A stretch of 64,000 bases of DNA from an uncultured Chloroflexia bacterium (GTDB taxonomy: Bacteria > Chloroflexota > Anaerolineae > JAAYZQ01). A program made the position numbers and the translations under genes. The stretch is from assembly GCA_963700285.1 (NCBI GenBank), contig CAVOXA010000014.1:1-64000 (forward strand), written 5' to 3'. The notes under the pieces are model-generated. The model had not been told where the DNA came from and did no database searches. It saw only the letters and a program-made list of their open reading frames with translations. The number at the start of each line of letters is the position of its first letter. Within the stretch, counting starts at the first letter, position 1. This document shows positions 10,226-21,109 of the stretch, one piece after another.

Positions 10226-11467
10226 TTACCCCGTCGTGGACGGCTGTCCAGGCAGAGAATGGGCGGTTGCGACCAAGGTATCCAGAAGGCGCGGGTTGGT
10301 GTCCAAGGGAAAGGGACTGCCGGTACTGATCACAAACCCTTTGGCGCGGGTTCCGATGGCGGCCTGCCGACGGACCTCAGCCGCCATCTCGTCCATGGTG
10401 GCGTTCAGGCCAAACTTGACGGCGTCGATGTTGCCCAGGACAGCCACCCGGTCGCCAACTCGCTCTACCACATCCTCGATCTCGATCCGAAAGTTCTTTT
10501 TACTCTCTTCGACCGCAATGGCCGCCACGTCACAGCGAGCCATCTGCTCCAATCTCGGGATCACATCGCCGCACACGTAATGGATGGGCAGCAGGCCCAG
10601 GCCGCTCATGTACCTGAAATAGGGTTCATTGTAGGTCAGGACGAATTCGTCATAGGCCCGGGGCGAGATCACGTCTGCGCCGGTGAACACCTCTTGGACA
10701 TACACCCCGTGGACACCTACCGAAACAAGGGCAGCCATCCTCTCTTTGGTCTGGGCCAGTTGGCGCTGGAGCATGTAGTGCAATAGCTTGGGCCGGTCGT
10801 GCTGGGTAACCATCAGCCCGTAGAAGCCTAGATGGTCGGAGACGTAGCTGAAAGGCGTGTCCAATATCGACGAGATGAAAAAGCGGTCGCCATAGTCGTC
10901 GACGATCCGGTGGATCAGGTCCATCTCGCCACTGCTCAACAAGTCGGATGTACTGCGGATGGGGATGATCTGGTCCACCTGCTCGTCGCCAGCGATTTCG
11001 CTCGATTCGTCCCAAATGTCGGTTTCGGAGCGGTTGACTTCGGTCACTTCCGCATCGCCGTAGGGCAGGTGCGCTCGATGCATCGCTACCTGTTTGCCCG
11101 ACACCCGATCCTCGTAGTAGAGATGCCCCTGGCGCTGGACGATGTCAGTGCGCTCGGCCCAGGCCCGACTGCTGCCGCGGTAGACTTCTATCCAGTCGGG
11201 CCGGACTTTGAAGATGCCATAGGACTCAAAGATAGCCCTGGCACGGAAGAGGGTATCCTCCTCATGGTCCGCGGGATAGCGGTCGGAGCCCGTCTCCTGC
11301 AGCCGCATTCTGTACTGCTCGATATAGAAGGCACGCTCAAAATCAGCCAGGAATAGGCCCGTGTAGGCAGGGGCAGCCGGCAGGACGTCAGGCTTCTGGC
11401 CCGTGAGAGCCCGGATCATTCTCTGCTTCGGTGTCATATCATGAGGCTCTGAGTCTTGCACAATCAT
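10226..11467 (-). CDS. Uroporphyrinogen decarboxylase/MtaA-CmuA superfamily protein
   Basis: MTPKQR..AL.G..PD N-terminus, ISPRAYDEF, HYVCGD, LGNID, GFVISTG. Confidence 0.75.
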   Translation of the reverse strand: MIVQDSEPHDMTPKQRMIRALTGQKPDVLPAAPAYTGLFLADFERAFYIEQYRMRLQETGSDRYPADHEEDTLFRARAIFESYGIFKVRPDWIEVYRGSSRAWAERTDIVQRQGHLYYEDRVSGKQVAMHRAHLPYGDAEVTEVNRSETDIWDESSEIAGDEQVDQIIPIRSTSDLLSSGEMDLIHRIVDDYGDRFFISSILDTPFSYVSDHLGFYGLMVTQHDRPKLLHYMLQRQLAQTKERMAALVSVGVHGVYVQEVFTGADVISPRAYDEFVLTYNEPYFRYMSGLGLLPIHYVCGDVIPRLEQMARCDVAAIAVEESKKNFRIEIEDVVERVGDRVAVLGNIDAVKFGLNATMDEMAAEVRRQAAIGTRAKGFVISTGSPFPLDTNPRLLDTLVATAHSLPGQPSTTG

Positions 11468-11553
11468 GTTTTCCTTTCCCCTTATCTGGTGTCGCCCCAC
11501 CATCGAGGCCAAGGCGGGCAGTTTCTCCCTTTATCACGGTTCCGATCCTCCGG

Positions 11554-12525
11554 TTAGGACACTTCCGTCATGAGCCTTTCGAACTCGGCGAACACCGCCC
11601 TGCTGTCCAGCGGTTGCGCGATCAGGCCCTGCGCAAGCTCTTCCTGACACATCGTCTCAATCATGCGTAAGTTGGGCTCAACGCCGTTAGCCTGCCAATC
11701 GGCGCTCAGCAACTCGGTAGACTGTTCAAGGTCAGCCAGGAGCCAGGGGGTGGTATCGGCCAGGAATCGGCGATTCTCTTGCGCCTGGAGCCGCGACCGC
11801 TCAAAAGCCTGATACAGGCTGCGCGCCACCCACGGGTCCCGCTCAACGACCTGGCGGCGCAGAGCAATGATGTGGTGGGCAGGATAGAAGCCAAGCCGGC
11901 GCGCATAGTCTTGCTCAACCTGGCGATAATTGGGGATGAGGCGCACGATCTGGCTTCCAGGCTCATGAAAGACCCTGGGCGGCCATGGGCACATCATGGC
12001 ATCGAGTTCTCCGCCAAGTAGCATATCCTGCAGCGTCTGCCCGGCGGCCGCGTATCGAACATTCGATGGCAGCGTCAACCGCGGCCGATGGCCCAGCGAG
12101 TCGTAGGCTGGATCATCGGTTGGCCCAACCCACCACTCGATCTCGTGGATGCCCACCCCCTGCTCGCGCAACGCAGCCCGGCTCCAGGTATTGCCACTGT
12201 CCGGCCAGCCGTTTGTACCCACACGCTTGCCAGCGAGATCCTTGAGAGACTGAAGGCCGCTGCCGCGCAGGACAAAGAAACAGCGGTGGCGAAAGCCTCG
12301 CATCACGAACAGAGGCAGCCCAACAAAATCGCGCTCGCCCTGGGACGTGCGAATCAGGTACTGGCTGAAAGACATCTCGCCGGCTTGAAAGGTGGGATCA
12401 ACCATGAAGTGCTGGATTGAGGTTTTTCGATCCAGGTTCAGGTCGATACCCTCCGCTACAACATCGCCACAAACCAGCGGCATCAGTACGTCATAACTCC
12501 TTGTTACCAGGGTTATTGTGAGCAT
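11554..12525 (-). CDS. 4,5-dihydroxyphthalate decarboxylase-like / periplasmic-binding-fold protein
   Basis: GEMSFSQY, LPLFVMRGFRH, DLAGKRVG, MLLGGELDA, FYPAHH, GVEPN; no signal peptide. Confidence 0.7.
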   Translation of the reverse strand: MLTITLVTRSYDVLMPLVCGDVVAEGIDLNLDRKTSIQHFMVDPTFQAGEMSFSQYLIRTSQGERDFVGLPLFVMRGFRHRCFFVLRGSGLQSLKDLAGKRVGTNGWPDSGNTWSRAALREQGVGIHEIEWWVGPTDDPAYDSLGHRPRLTLPSNVRYAAAGQTLQDMLLGGELDAMMCPWPPRVFHEPGSQIVRLIPNYRQVEQDYARRLGFYPAHHIIALRRQVVERDPWVARSLYQAFERSRLQAQENRRFLADTTPWLLADLEQSTELLSADWQANGVEPNLRMIETMCQEELAQGLIAQPLDSRAVFAEFERLMTEVS

Positions 12526-12794
12526 GCCTATCGTCCCTCCCTCTGCGGTCGTCTGTTTTTGTGTGCCCAAAAGCCACCAGATAGTCTGAGCCCGGACCAT
12601 TGTACCTGGGTTTTGAACCCAAGGCAACTCCGCGATGGCGTTCGCGGAGGACGGGCCGCCCCAGGAGAACTCAAGGCATGGACTGCACTTTGCGCTGCGG
12701 CGGCCCTATAGTATAATGGCCTCGGGCGGCATCGGATAGAACCCCTGGTCGGTGCCAGGGACCGCCCCACCAAAGGTACATCGCAGGAGGACTT

Positions 12795-13214
12795 GTGAGG
12801 ATCATCTATCGCGTACACGTAGCCGATCACGGCTGGATGCAAAAATCCAGCGACGGCGAGGTTGCCGGCACCACCGGCGAAGGCCGGCGCGTCGAAGCCA
12901 TTACCATTAGGGTCCGGGGCGAAGGCGTACCCCAGGGGCTGTACGTCACCTACCAGGTATTCGCCCGGGGCCTGGGCTGGATGGAATGGGTATCCGACGG
13001 CGCAGAAGCCGGGACAACCGGCCAGGACCGCGCACTGGAGGGCATCCATGTCAGCCTGGCCGGCAACGTACCGCCCGGGTTCCATGTCTGGTACCAGGTT
13101 CACGTCCAGGACATGGGCTGGATGGACTGGGTCTCCGACGGACAGACGGCAGGGACGCCAGGCGAGAACCGCCGCATTGAAGCCATCCGCATCCGGATGG
13201 AACCAGACCTCTAG
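12795..13214 (+). CDS. Clostridial hydrophobic-W (ChW) repeat protein, three repeats
   Basis: Three ~47-aa units Y.VHV...GW..WVSDG..AGT.G..R..EAI.I; AGGAGG RBS; GTG start. Confidence 0.85.
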   Translation: MRIIYRVHVADHGWMQKSSDGEVAGTTGEGRRVEAITIRVRGEGVPQGLYVTYQVFARGLGWMEWVSDGAEAGTTGQDRALEGIHVSLAGNVPPGFHVWYQVHVQDMGWMDWVSDGQTAGTPGENRRIEAIRIRMEPDL

Positions 13215-13342
13215 AGCGCAAAGACACCGGCTGAATCTGAACGAGTTCCTGATCCGTTTCCTGCAGTCTGGACCTCTGGGGCAAACCATCAGGATCTCAC
13301 GTCCCAAGCCACCTCAGGACCGCAACGCATTGCGGAGGGCAA

Positions 13343-14326
13343 ATGGCCATACCCAATGACAGACTTCTCGAGATGTATCGGGACATGTGGCGTATGCGAA
13401 CCCTCGAGAATCGCCTCGAGGAAAACCACAAGCAGGGGCTCGTGCCGGGCTTTTTCCACTCGGGAGTGGGCCAGGAGGCGTCCCTGGTTGGCTGCGCCCA
13501 TGCCCTGGAAAAGACCGACTATTTCTTTCCCGATCACCGCAGCCACGGCTTGATCCTCATTGCGGGCACGCCCGGTGAAAAAGTGATGGCCGAGCTTCAC
13601 GGCAGGGCGACCGGCATCTGCGGCGGCAAGGGCGGCAGCCTGCACATGGCCGACCCCTCCGTAGGCAACTTTGGCAACAACGCCATCCAGGGCTCCATCG
13701 CCGTCACGGCCCTGGGGCCGGCTTTTGCCTCCAAACTGCGCAAGGACGGCCGGGTGTCGGCCACGTTCCTTGGCGACGGAACGATGGGCCGCGGTGAGGT
13801 CTACGAGAGCGTCAACCTGGCCACGATCTGGAAGCTGCCCGTCATCTATGTCTGCCTGAACAACCTCTATGCCATCTCCCTCAGGGCCCAGGATGCCTTT
13901 GTGCCCAAAGATCTGGCCGAACTGGTATCGGGTTTTGGCATCGAGCGGCGCGTGGCCGACGGCAACGACATCGAGGTCGTGTACGAGACCATGATGGAGG
14001 CGGTCGGGCGAGGACGAAGGGACGAGGGCCCAACCTTTATCGAGTTCAAGACCTATCGCTGGCAAGGCCACTTTGGTGGCGACCCCGACGCCGACCGGCC
14101 GGCCGAGGAGAAGCGCCACTGGATGGAAGAGCGAGATCCAATCAGAATCGCCGGGCTGCGACTGATCGAGCGCGAGGCGGCGACTGAGCAGGATCTGATG
14201 GACATCACGCAGCAGGTGGACGATGAGGTGCAGGGCTGGATCGACTATGCCCTGGCCAGCCCTGAGCCTGATATCTCGGCGGCCACAGCCGACGTGTACG
14301 TTGGATTGGAGGTACCAGGCCGATGA
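13343..14326 (+). CDS. TPP-dependent 2-oxoacid/acetoin dehydrogenase E1 alpha
   Basis: GFFHSGVGQEA, HRSHG, GKGGSLH, GDG...NN TPP motif, TYRWQGH. Confidence 0.92.
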   Translation: MAIPNDRLLEMYRDMWRMRTLENRLEENHKQGLVPGFFHSGVGQEASLVGCAHALEKTDYFFPDHRSHGLILIAGTPGEKVMAELHGRATGICGGKGGSLHMADPSVGNFGNNAIQGSIAVTALGPAFASKLRKDGRVSATFLGDGTMGRGEVYESVNLATIWKLPVIYVCLNNLYAISLRAQDAFVPKDLAELVSGFGIERRVADGNDIEVVYETMMEAVGRGRRDEGPTFIEFKTYRWQGHFGGDPDADRPAEEKRHWMEERDPIRIAGLRLIEREAATEQDLMDITQQVDDEVQGWIDYALASPEPDISAATADVYVGLEVPGR

Positions 14327-15319
14327 GTTCGGAGGACAAGGCCAGAGAACTATCTTTCGTCGGGGCCATCAACGAAGCATTGCACCAGGAGATGGAGCGC
14401 GACGAGCGCGTATTCATCATCGGCGAGGACATTGGCCGGCGGGGTGGTGACTTTGGCGCAACCGTGGGCCTCTGGAAACGCTGGCCGGACCGCTGCCGCG
14501 ATACCCCCCTGTCGGAGGCGGCCATCACCGGGTTGGGAGTAGGCGCCGCGATGGCCGGCATGCGCCCCATCGTGGAGATCATGTTTGTCGACTTTCTGAC
14601 CGAGTGCTACGACCAAGTGGTCAACAACATGGCCAAGGTGCACTATATGTTCGGCGGGCAGCTCAAAGCGCCGATGGTCATCCGCACCCTGTGCGGCGGC
14701 GGATTCAACGCCGGGCCCCACCACTCCCAGTCGGCTGAGAGCTGGCTGATGAACGTCCCGGGCATCACGGTGGTCGCCCCGTCCAATCCCTACGACGCCA
14801 AAGGGCTGCTCATCGCCTCCATCCGCAATGAGAACCCCGTCGTGTTCATGGAGCACAAGGGGCTGTATGGCACCGAAGGGACCCGTGCCCGGAAGAAGCC
14901 CTACGAGGTACCGCTCTTCAAGGCGCAGGTCAAGCGCCCGGGCCGGGATGTGACCGTTGTCGCCGGGCTCAAGATGGTCAAGCTGGCCCTGGAGGCGGCA
15001 GAGGAGCTGGCCGAGGAGGAGGTGGATGTCGAGGTCATCGACCTGACCACCATCAAGCCCTGGGACCAGGAGACTGTGCTCGAGTCTGTGCGCAAGACGG
15101 GCCGCCTGGTGACAGCCTTTGAAAACCCCAAGACCGGCGGTCCGGGCTCGGAGGTCAGCGCCACCGTCGGCGAGGAAGCATTCCACATGCTCAAGGCCCC
15201 GATCAGGCGTGTGGCCGGGCTCGACACACCCCACGCCTTTGCGCCGGTGCTGGAGGAGTATATCCTGCCGCGCAAGGCAGGACCTGCTCAACGCCATTTG
15301 GGACGTCATTGACTATTGA
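14323..15319 (+). CDS. 2-oxoacid/acetoin dehydrogenase E1 beta (indel near the C-terminus)
   Basis: GEDIG, DTPLSE, GMRPIVEIMF, HHSQS, DAKGLL, EVIDL. The natural ending QDLLNAIWDVIDY is in another frame, stopping at 15319. Confidence 0.9.
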
Positions 15320-15364
15320 GCCGACTCGAGCCCAAGGCTCGGGAGAACCAGGTTGGGAAAGGCC

Positions 15365-16748
15365 ATGGAACCTGCGGATCTGATGATCGCCGGTGGGACG
15401 GTGATCACGCAGAACAAAGAGCGGGAGATCATTGACGGTGGAGCCGTCGCCATCCGTGGCGACAGCATCTTGGCCGTCGGGCCGGCCGACGACCTGCGGG
15501 TTCAGTACCGGGCGCAGCGAGTGCTGGATGCTTCGGGACGTCTCGTCTTCCCCGGTCTGATCAACACCCACACCCACCTGTTCCAGACCTTCCAGAAAGG
15601 GCTGGGCGAGGGTCTGACGGCTGTACGAATGGGTGCGGGCGGTCACGGGGCCCAGCGTCCCCTGTATGACCGACCCGTGATGCCTATCTGGCCGCGGTAC
15701 TGGGCGGGCTGGAGGCGCTGCACTGCGGGACCACGACCGTGCTCGATTACCAGTATCCCCTGCCCGGATCGGGAGATGTACCGGTCGGTGGCCTGTGCCT
15801 TCCGGGACCTGGGTCTGCGTGGAGTCCTGGCCCAGGGTTTGACGGAAACCGGCGAGCAGTTCGGGCTGCCGGCCTACCTGTTCCAACCCGTCGAGGAGGC
15901 CCTGGTCGAGTGGGACGCATTGACGGCCGAGATCCGGGGCGAGATGGGCTACGATCTCCTGCAGCTTTGGGCTGGCCCCGGCCATTGTTTTTGGCATTAC
16001 CCGGGCAGGCCTGGAGAGGCTGCGCGCCTATGCCACCGACCGGAGGATGCTGCTCAGCCTGCACGTCAACGAGACGGCCGACGATGACCAGGCCACCCTG
16101 GCCGAACACGGGCAGCGAGCTGTGCCCTTTCTGGAAGAGATCGGCTTCTGGGGACCCGATGTGCTGGCCGTCCACTGCGTCCGCATGCAGCCAGAGGACA
16201 TCGAGATCCTGGCCCGGCACGACGTCAAGGTATCGCACAACCCCATCAGCAACATGTACCTGGGCTCCGGTGTGGCGCCCATCGTCGAGATGCGCCGTGC
16301 GGGGCTCAGCGTGGGCCTGGCCACCGACGGTGCGGCCAGCAACAACAGCCAGGACATGCTGGAGACGCTGAAATGCGCGGGCCTCGTGCACAAGATGGCG
16401 CACAGGGACCCGTCGGCCATCACCGCGGCGGACGTCCTGGATATGGCCACCATCGATGGGGCGCGGGCCATCGGCCAGGAGGAGCGGCTGGGCTCACTGG
16501 AATCTGGTAAACAGGCCGACCTGTTTGTCTACAATCCATACTGTGCCAGGTCGGTGCCAGTCCTGGACCCCGTGGCCAGTCTGGTGTTCTCGGCTGGAAC
16601 AGAGGGCGTGGTGACAACGATTGTGGCCGGGCAGGTCGTACTGGACGAAGGGCAAATCACCACCGTGGACGAAGAGGCCCTGCTGCGAGAGTGCCAGGCG
16701 GCCGCAGTGGCCCTGGCGACCAGGACCGGTACGCTGCCCAAGCGCTAG
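15365..16748 (+). CDS. MTA/SAH-deaminase-like amidohydrolase (frameshifted in this assembly)
   Basis: PGLINTHTHL, LHVNE, AVHCV, HNPISN..LGSG, LATDGAASNN, GKQADL spread over ORFs 15353.. and 16047.. Confidence 0.8.
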
Positions 16749-16772
16749 TACAGAGCAAGAGTGAGGGCTATT

Positions 16773-16887
16773 GGATTGCTTCCAATGGAAGCAATCCTGT
16801 CACTGCGAGGCCCGTCGTTTGGGCCAAAGCAGTCTCCACGGAGCAAGTGGGGATCGCTTCGTCGCTGGCCCTCCTCGCGATGACAGG
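16773..16887. repeat. Palindromic intergenic element (GTCA(C/T)TGCGAG...CTCGCGATGAC type) with an adjacent 12-bp inverted repeat
   Basis: CCTGTCACTGCGAGG...CCTCGCGATGACAGG termini (16796-16887); GGATTGCTTCCA-A-TGGAAGCAATCC at 16773-16797. Confidence 0.65.
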
Positions 16888-16948
16888 CTTTGTATTCTTC
16901 TGCACGGGGTGGTACGTGTGCACCAAGGTCGAAATTGCGAGGAAGACG

Positions 16949-17738
16949 ATGAACCAGAGATCAACTTCGATTCGAAGGCAAGGTAGCCGCGATCACCGGC
17001 GGAGCCAGGGGCATCGGCCGGGCCTGCGCATTGCGCTTTGCCCGTGAGGGAGCGCGGGTCGCAGTTCTCGACATCCTGCTCGCTGAGGCACAGTCCACGG
17101 CCCGCCAGGTCGAGGAGCTGGGGCCAGGGGCGCTGGCCATCCACTGCGACGTGCGCCACAAGGATCAGATGTCCGCCGCCGTAGCCCAGATCGTGCACAC
17201 CTGGGGCCGCATCGACATCTGGGTCAACAACGCCGGCGTCTACACCGGCAGCCCGGTGCTGGAGGTGCCCCTGGAGGACTGGAACCGGACCCTGGGCACC
17301 AACTTCACGGGCGTGTTCCTGGGCTGCGGGGCGGTGGCGCCTGTCATGCGCGAGCAGCGCTCAGGCCGGATCATCAATGTATCCTCCATGGCCGGCAAAA
17401 CATCCTGGCCGGCGACGGCCGCGTACTCGGCCAGCAAGTCGGCCGTCATCGGGCTGACTCGTACGGTGGCCCTGGACATGGCGCCCTTTGGCGTCACCGT
17501 CAACGCCGTCTGTCCGGGCAACACACGGACGGACATGGTGCGCCAGGTAGCGGCCTCCGCCGGAGCGCGGGAGGGCGTGGGTACGGAGGAGTGGCTGCGC
17601 CGGCGGGCCAGCGACTGCCCCCTGGGGCGGCTGGCAGCGCCCGAAGAGATTGCGGGGCCCGTGGCCTTTTTGGCCTCCGACGAGGCGCGCTACATCACGG
17701 GCCAGGCCATCAGCATCGACGGCGGCATGGCGCTGTAA
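16949..17738 (+). CDS. Short-chain dehydrogenase/reductase (indel near the start)
   Basis: ITGGARGIG just upstream of the listed ORF in the same frame, VNNAG, YSASK, VNAVCPG. Confidence 0.85.
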
Positions 17739-17748
17739 GGGGGATGCG

Positions 17749-18526
17749 ATGAGATTCGAGGGACAGGTGGCCGCCGTGACCGGCGGGGCGAGAGGCATCG
17801 GCCTGGGCATCCTGCACCGTTTCGCCCGAGAAGGCGCGCGGGTGGCAGCGCTGGATCTCAATACTGGAGGCGGCGCAGGCCGCGGCCGATGAACTGGGAA
17901 CCGATAGCTCGGCCATGGCTCTGCACCTAGACGTGGCCGATGGAAAGAGCGTCCAAGCCGCCGTCGACCAGATTCTGGACACTTGGGGCCGGATCGATGT
18001 CTGGGTCAACAACGCCGGAGTCTTTTATGTCCACAACATCGCCGACCCGCCGGACCTGGAAAAGTGGGAGCGCATCCTGGCCGTGAACCTGACCGGCATG
18101 TTCCTGTGCTGCCAGGCCGTGGCGCGGCCCATGATGGTCCGGCAATCGGGCAGTATCATCAACATCTCTTCCATCGCCGGCAAGATCGGCTTTCCTGAGG
18201 AGGCCGGCTACTGCGGTACCAAGGCCGGCGTCCTGGGCCTCACGCGCTCCCTGGCCGTGGAGCTGGCGCCCCACGGCATCCGCGTCAACGCCATCTGTCC
18301 CGGCAATATCCTGACGCCCATGCTCGAGAGCGTGGACGCGCGCATCTGCGCCGCCGAGGGCTGGGAGCCAGGTACCCATCTCAAGAAAACAGCCCAAGAT
18401 GTGCCTATGGGCTACATCGGCGAGCCGGAAGACGTGGCCGCCGCCGCAGCCTTTCTCGCCTCTGAGGATGCCAGCTACATTGTCGGCCAGGCGATCAACC
18501 CGGATGGTGGATTGGTTCTGTACTAG
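17749..18526 (+). CDS. Short-chain dehydrogenase/reductase (frameshifted near 17865)
   Basis: VTGGARGIG, VNNAG, YCGTK, VNAICPG; tandem paralogue of the preceding SDR. Confidence 0.85.
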
Positions 18527-18587
18527 CAATGCCTGGAAAGCGGCCTTCCCCTGCGCGCAGGCCGCCTCAAAGAAGGAGCTATGTTGC

Positions 18588-20016
18588 ATGCCTGTTGAAG
18601 TTCAGATGCCCAAGCTGGGCTTGACCATGGAAGAAGGAACGATTGTGGAATGGCTCAAGGCCCAGGGGGAGCCTGTACAGAAGGCGGAACCTCTCTTTCT
18701 ATTAGAGAGCGACAAGATCACCCTCGAAGCTGAAGCGCCAGAGAGCGGCATCCTGGGCCAGATCTCTGGTTTCGGCCGGCACGACGGTGCCCACTGGAAC
18801 CACGATTGGCCTGATCTTTCCGGCCGGCGAGGAGTTGCCCGTGCCCTCCCAGCCTGGAGAGGGGCCGGGGGGAGTCCAAGCTGGAACAAAACCCAAGGCA
18901 AGAGCCACCCCCGTCGCCCGCCGGCTGGCCGAACGGGCCGGGCTGGACGTGGGTACGATTGAGGGTACCGGTCCCGCTGGTCGCGTGACCACGATAGATG
19001 TAGAGCAGGCCCTGGCCAAAGCTGGGCGTCAAGCGGCTGCTAGCGACAGCCCGGCCGCCCCGGGCGCGCTGGCCGGGGCATCACGTCCAGATCTGCCAGC
19101 GCAACCCGAGCCCAAGGTCAAGGCATCGCCCCGGGCCCGCCGCCTGGCCCAAGCAGCCGGGCTGGATCTGGCCACAGTCCAGGGCACCGGAAAGGGCGGG
19201 CGAGTGATGGCCGGCGATGTGGAGCGGGTACTGGCGGACGTCGGCGCCGCGTCAGAAACCGGCACTGAGCCCGTAGAAGCGCGCCTTGCTCACTCGCCCG
19301 CACCTGCGACGGCCATACCGGCCGCTGGAGACATCGTCCCGCTTTCCGGCGTACGGGGCGTGATTGCCCGCCGCATGTCCGCCAGCGCCCACACCGCAGC
19401 GGCAGTAACGACCATGACACAGGCCGACGCTACGGAACTTGTCCGGCTGCGCGAGGCGCTGCGCCGGGAGTGGCCGTCGTCTGTGGGGTTTGCGCCCTCC
19501 TACAACGATCTGCTGCTGGTGATCCTGGCCAAAGCCCTGGCCGAGTACCGCTACATGAACGCCCATCTGGTGGGCGAGGAGATCCGCCAGATGGCAGAGA
19601 TCAACATCGGGCTGGCCGTAGACACGGAGCGAGGCCTGGTCGTGCCGGTGGTCAGAAGAGTGCAGAACATGCTGCTTGCCGACGTGACGAGCGCCTCTCG
19701 TGACCTTGCGCAGCGGGCGCGAGAGGGGAAGCTGTTGCCCGACGATCTCAGCGGCGGTACCTTTACCCTGTCCAACATGGGCAAGTTCGATGTGGAGGCT
19801 TTCACACCCATCATCAACCTGCCCGAGTGCGCCATTCTGGGCGTGGGGCGTATGGCTGCTCGACCGGCCGTGTTCGGGGGCGAGCTTTGCATACGGCAGA
19901 CCATGACCCTGAGCCTGACCTACGACCATCGCGCCATAGACGGCGCACCAGCCGCACGATTTCTGGAGCGAACCAAAGAACTGGTAGAGCAGCCCTACCT
20001 GGCGCTGGTGCGATAG
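18588..20016 (+). CDS. Dihydrolipoamide acyltransferase E2 (frameshifted near 18765)
   Basis: Lipoyl domain MPKLGLTMEEG..ESDK, two binding domains (GTG..GRV), catalytic DHRAIDG. Confidence 0.9.
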
Positions 20017-20063
20017 CGCTGGCGAGTAAGCACGCCGCCCTTGCGTCAGGACCGAGGCATTGT

Positions 20064-21038
20064 ATGGACGCACAAGGCACCAACCCAGCTTTCGGCTCCG
20101 ATCTGGAGCCCTACCACGGCATCACCACCTTTATGCGGCTGCCTGCCAGCCGCCACCTGGAAGGGGTCGACGTCGCCATCGTTGGCATCCCTTTCGACAG
20201 CGGTACGACCTATCGCAGCGGAACACGTTTCGGCCCCAGGAGAATCCGCGAGTCATCGTCGCTGCTGTGGGGCTACAACGAAGCAATGGGGGTCTTTCCC
20301 ACCAGGGTGCTCAAAGTCGTGGACTATGGCGACGTGAGGACGATCCCCGTCGACATCTTGGCCACGATGGACCAGATCACGGCGGAGGCGCAAAAGATAC
20401 TGGTTGAGGATGTGACCGTCGTCGCCCTGGGCGGCGATCACTCCATCACCCTACCCCTCCTGCGCGCTCACGCGGCCAGGTACGGGCCGCTGGCCGTCGT
20501 CCACTTTGACTCGCATCCCGACACCTGGCCCGATGAGTTCGAAGGCCGCCCTTACAGCCACGGCACACCCTTCCGCAGGGCCATCGAGGCAGGCATGATC
20601 GACACCAGCGCCTACGTCCAGGTTGGCATTCGCGGCCCGACAGGTGGTCCCGAAGACCTGGCGGACGCCAGAGAACTGGCGGCCAGCGTCCTGACCATCG
20701 GCCAGGTATTCGACCTGGGCATCCCGGCGGTGGTGAGCAAAGTACGCTCGACAGTTGGGGACCGGCCTCTCTATGTCTCACTGGACATCGATGCCGTCGA
20801 CCCCGCCTTTGCACCGGGCACAGGCACGCCCGAGGTCGGCGGCCTATCGAGCTACCAAATGCTACAACTGGTGCGCGGATTACAGGACTTGAACCTTGTA
20901 GGTTTCGACCTTGTGGAGGTGAGCCCGCCCTACGACCACGGCGACATCACGTCTATCCTGGCCGCGAACCTGGCCTTTGAGTTCCTCTCGCTGCTGGCCT
21001 TGAGAAGGGGGTTGGAGCGAGGGGGAAGTGAGAGATGA
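20064..21038 (+). CDS. speB: Agmatinase / ureohydrolase
   Basis: GIPFD, GTRFGP, GGDHSIT, HFDSHPD, SHGTPF, SLDIDAVDP..APGTGTPE. Confidence 0.85.
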   Translation: MDAQGTNPAFGSDLEPYHGITTFMRLPASRHLEGVDVAIVGIPFDSGTTYRSGTRFGPRRIRESSSLLWGYNEAMGVFPTRVLKVVDYGDVRTIPVDILATMDQITAEAQKILVEDVTVVALGGDHSITLPLLRAHAARYGPLAVVHFDSHPDTWPDEFEGRPYSHGTPFRRAIEAGMIDTSAYVQVGIRGPTGGPEDLADARELAASVLTIGQVFDLGIPAVVSKVRSTVGDRPLYVSLDIDAVDPAFAPGTGTPEVGGLSSYQMLQLVRGLQDLNLVGFDLVEVSPPYDHGDITSILAANLAFEFLSLLALRRGLERGGSER

Positions 21039-21109
21039 AGACAGCGCCCCTCAAGGGTGCCCCTATCAAGTATTGACAACAAACCTGTACAATGGAGAGG
21101 AGTCGTAGA

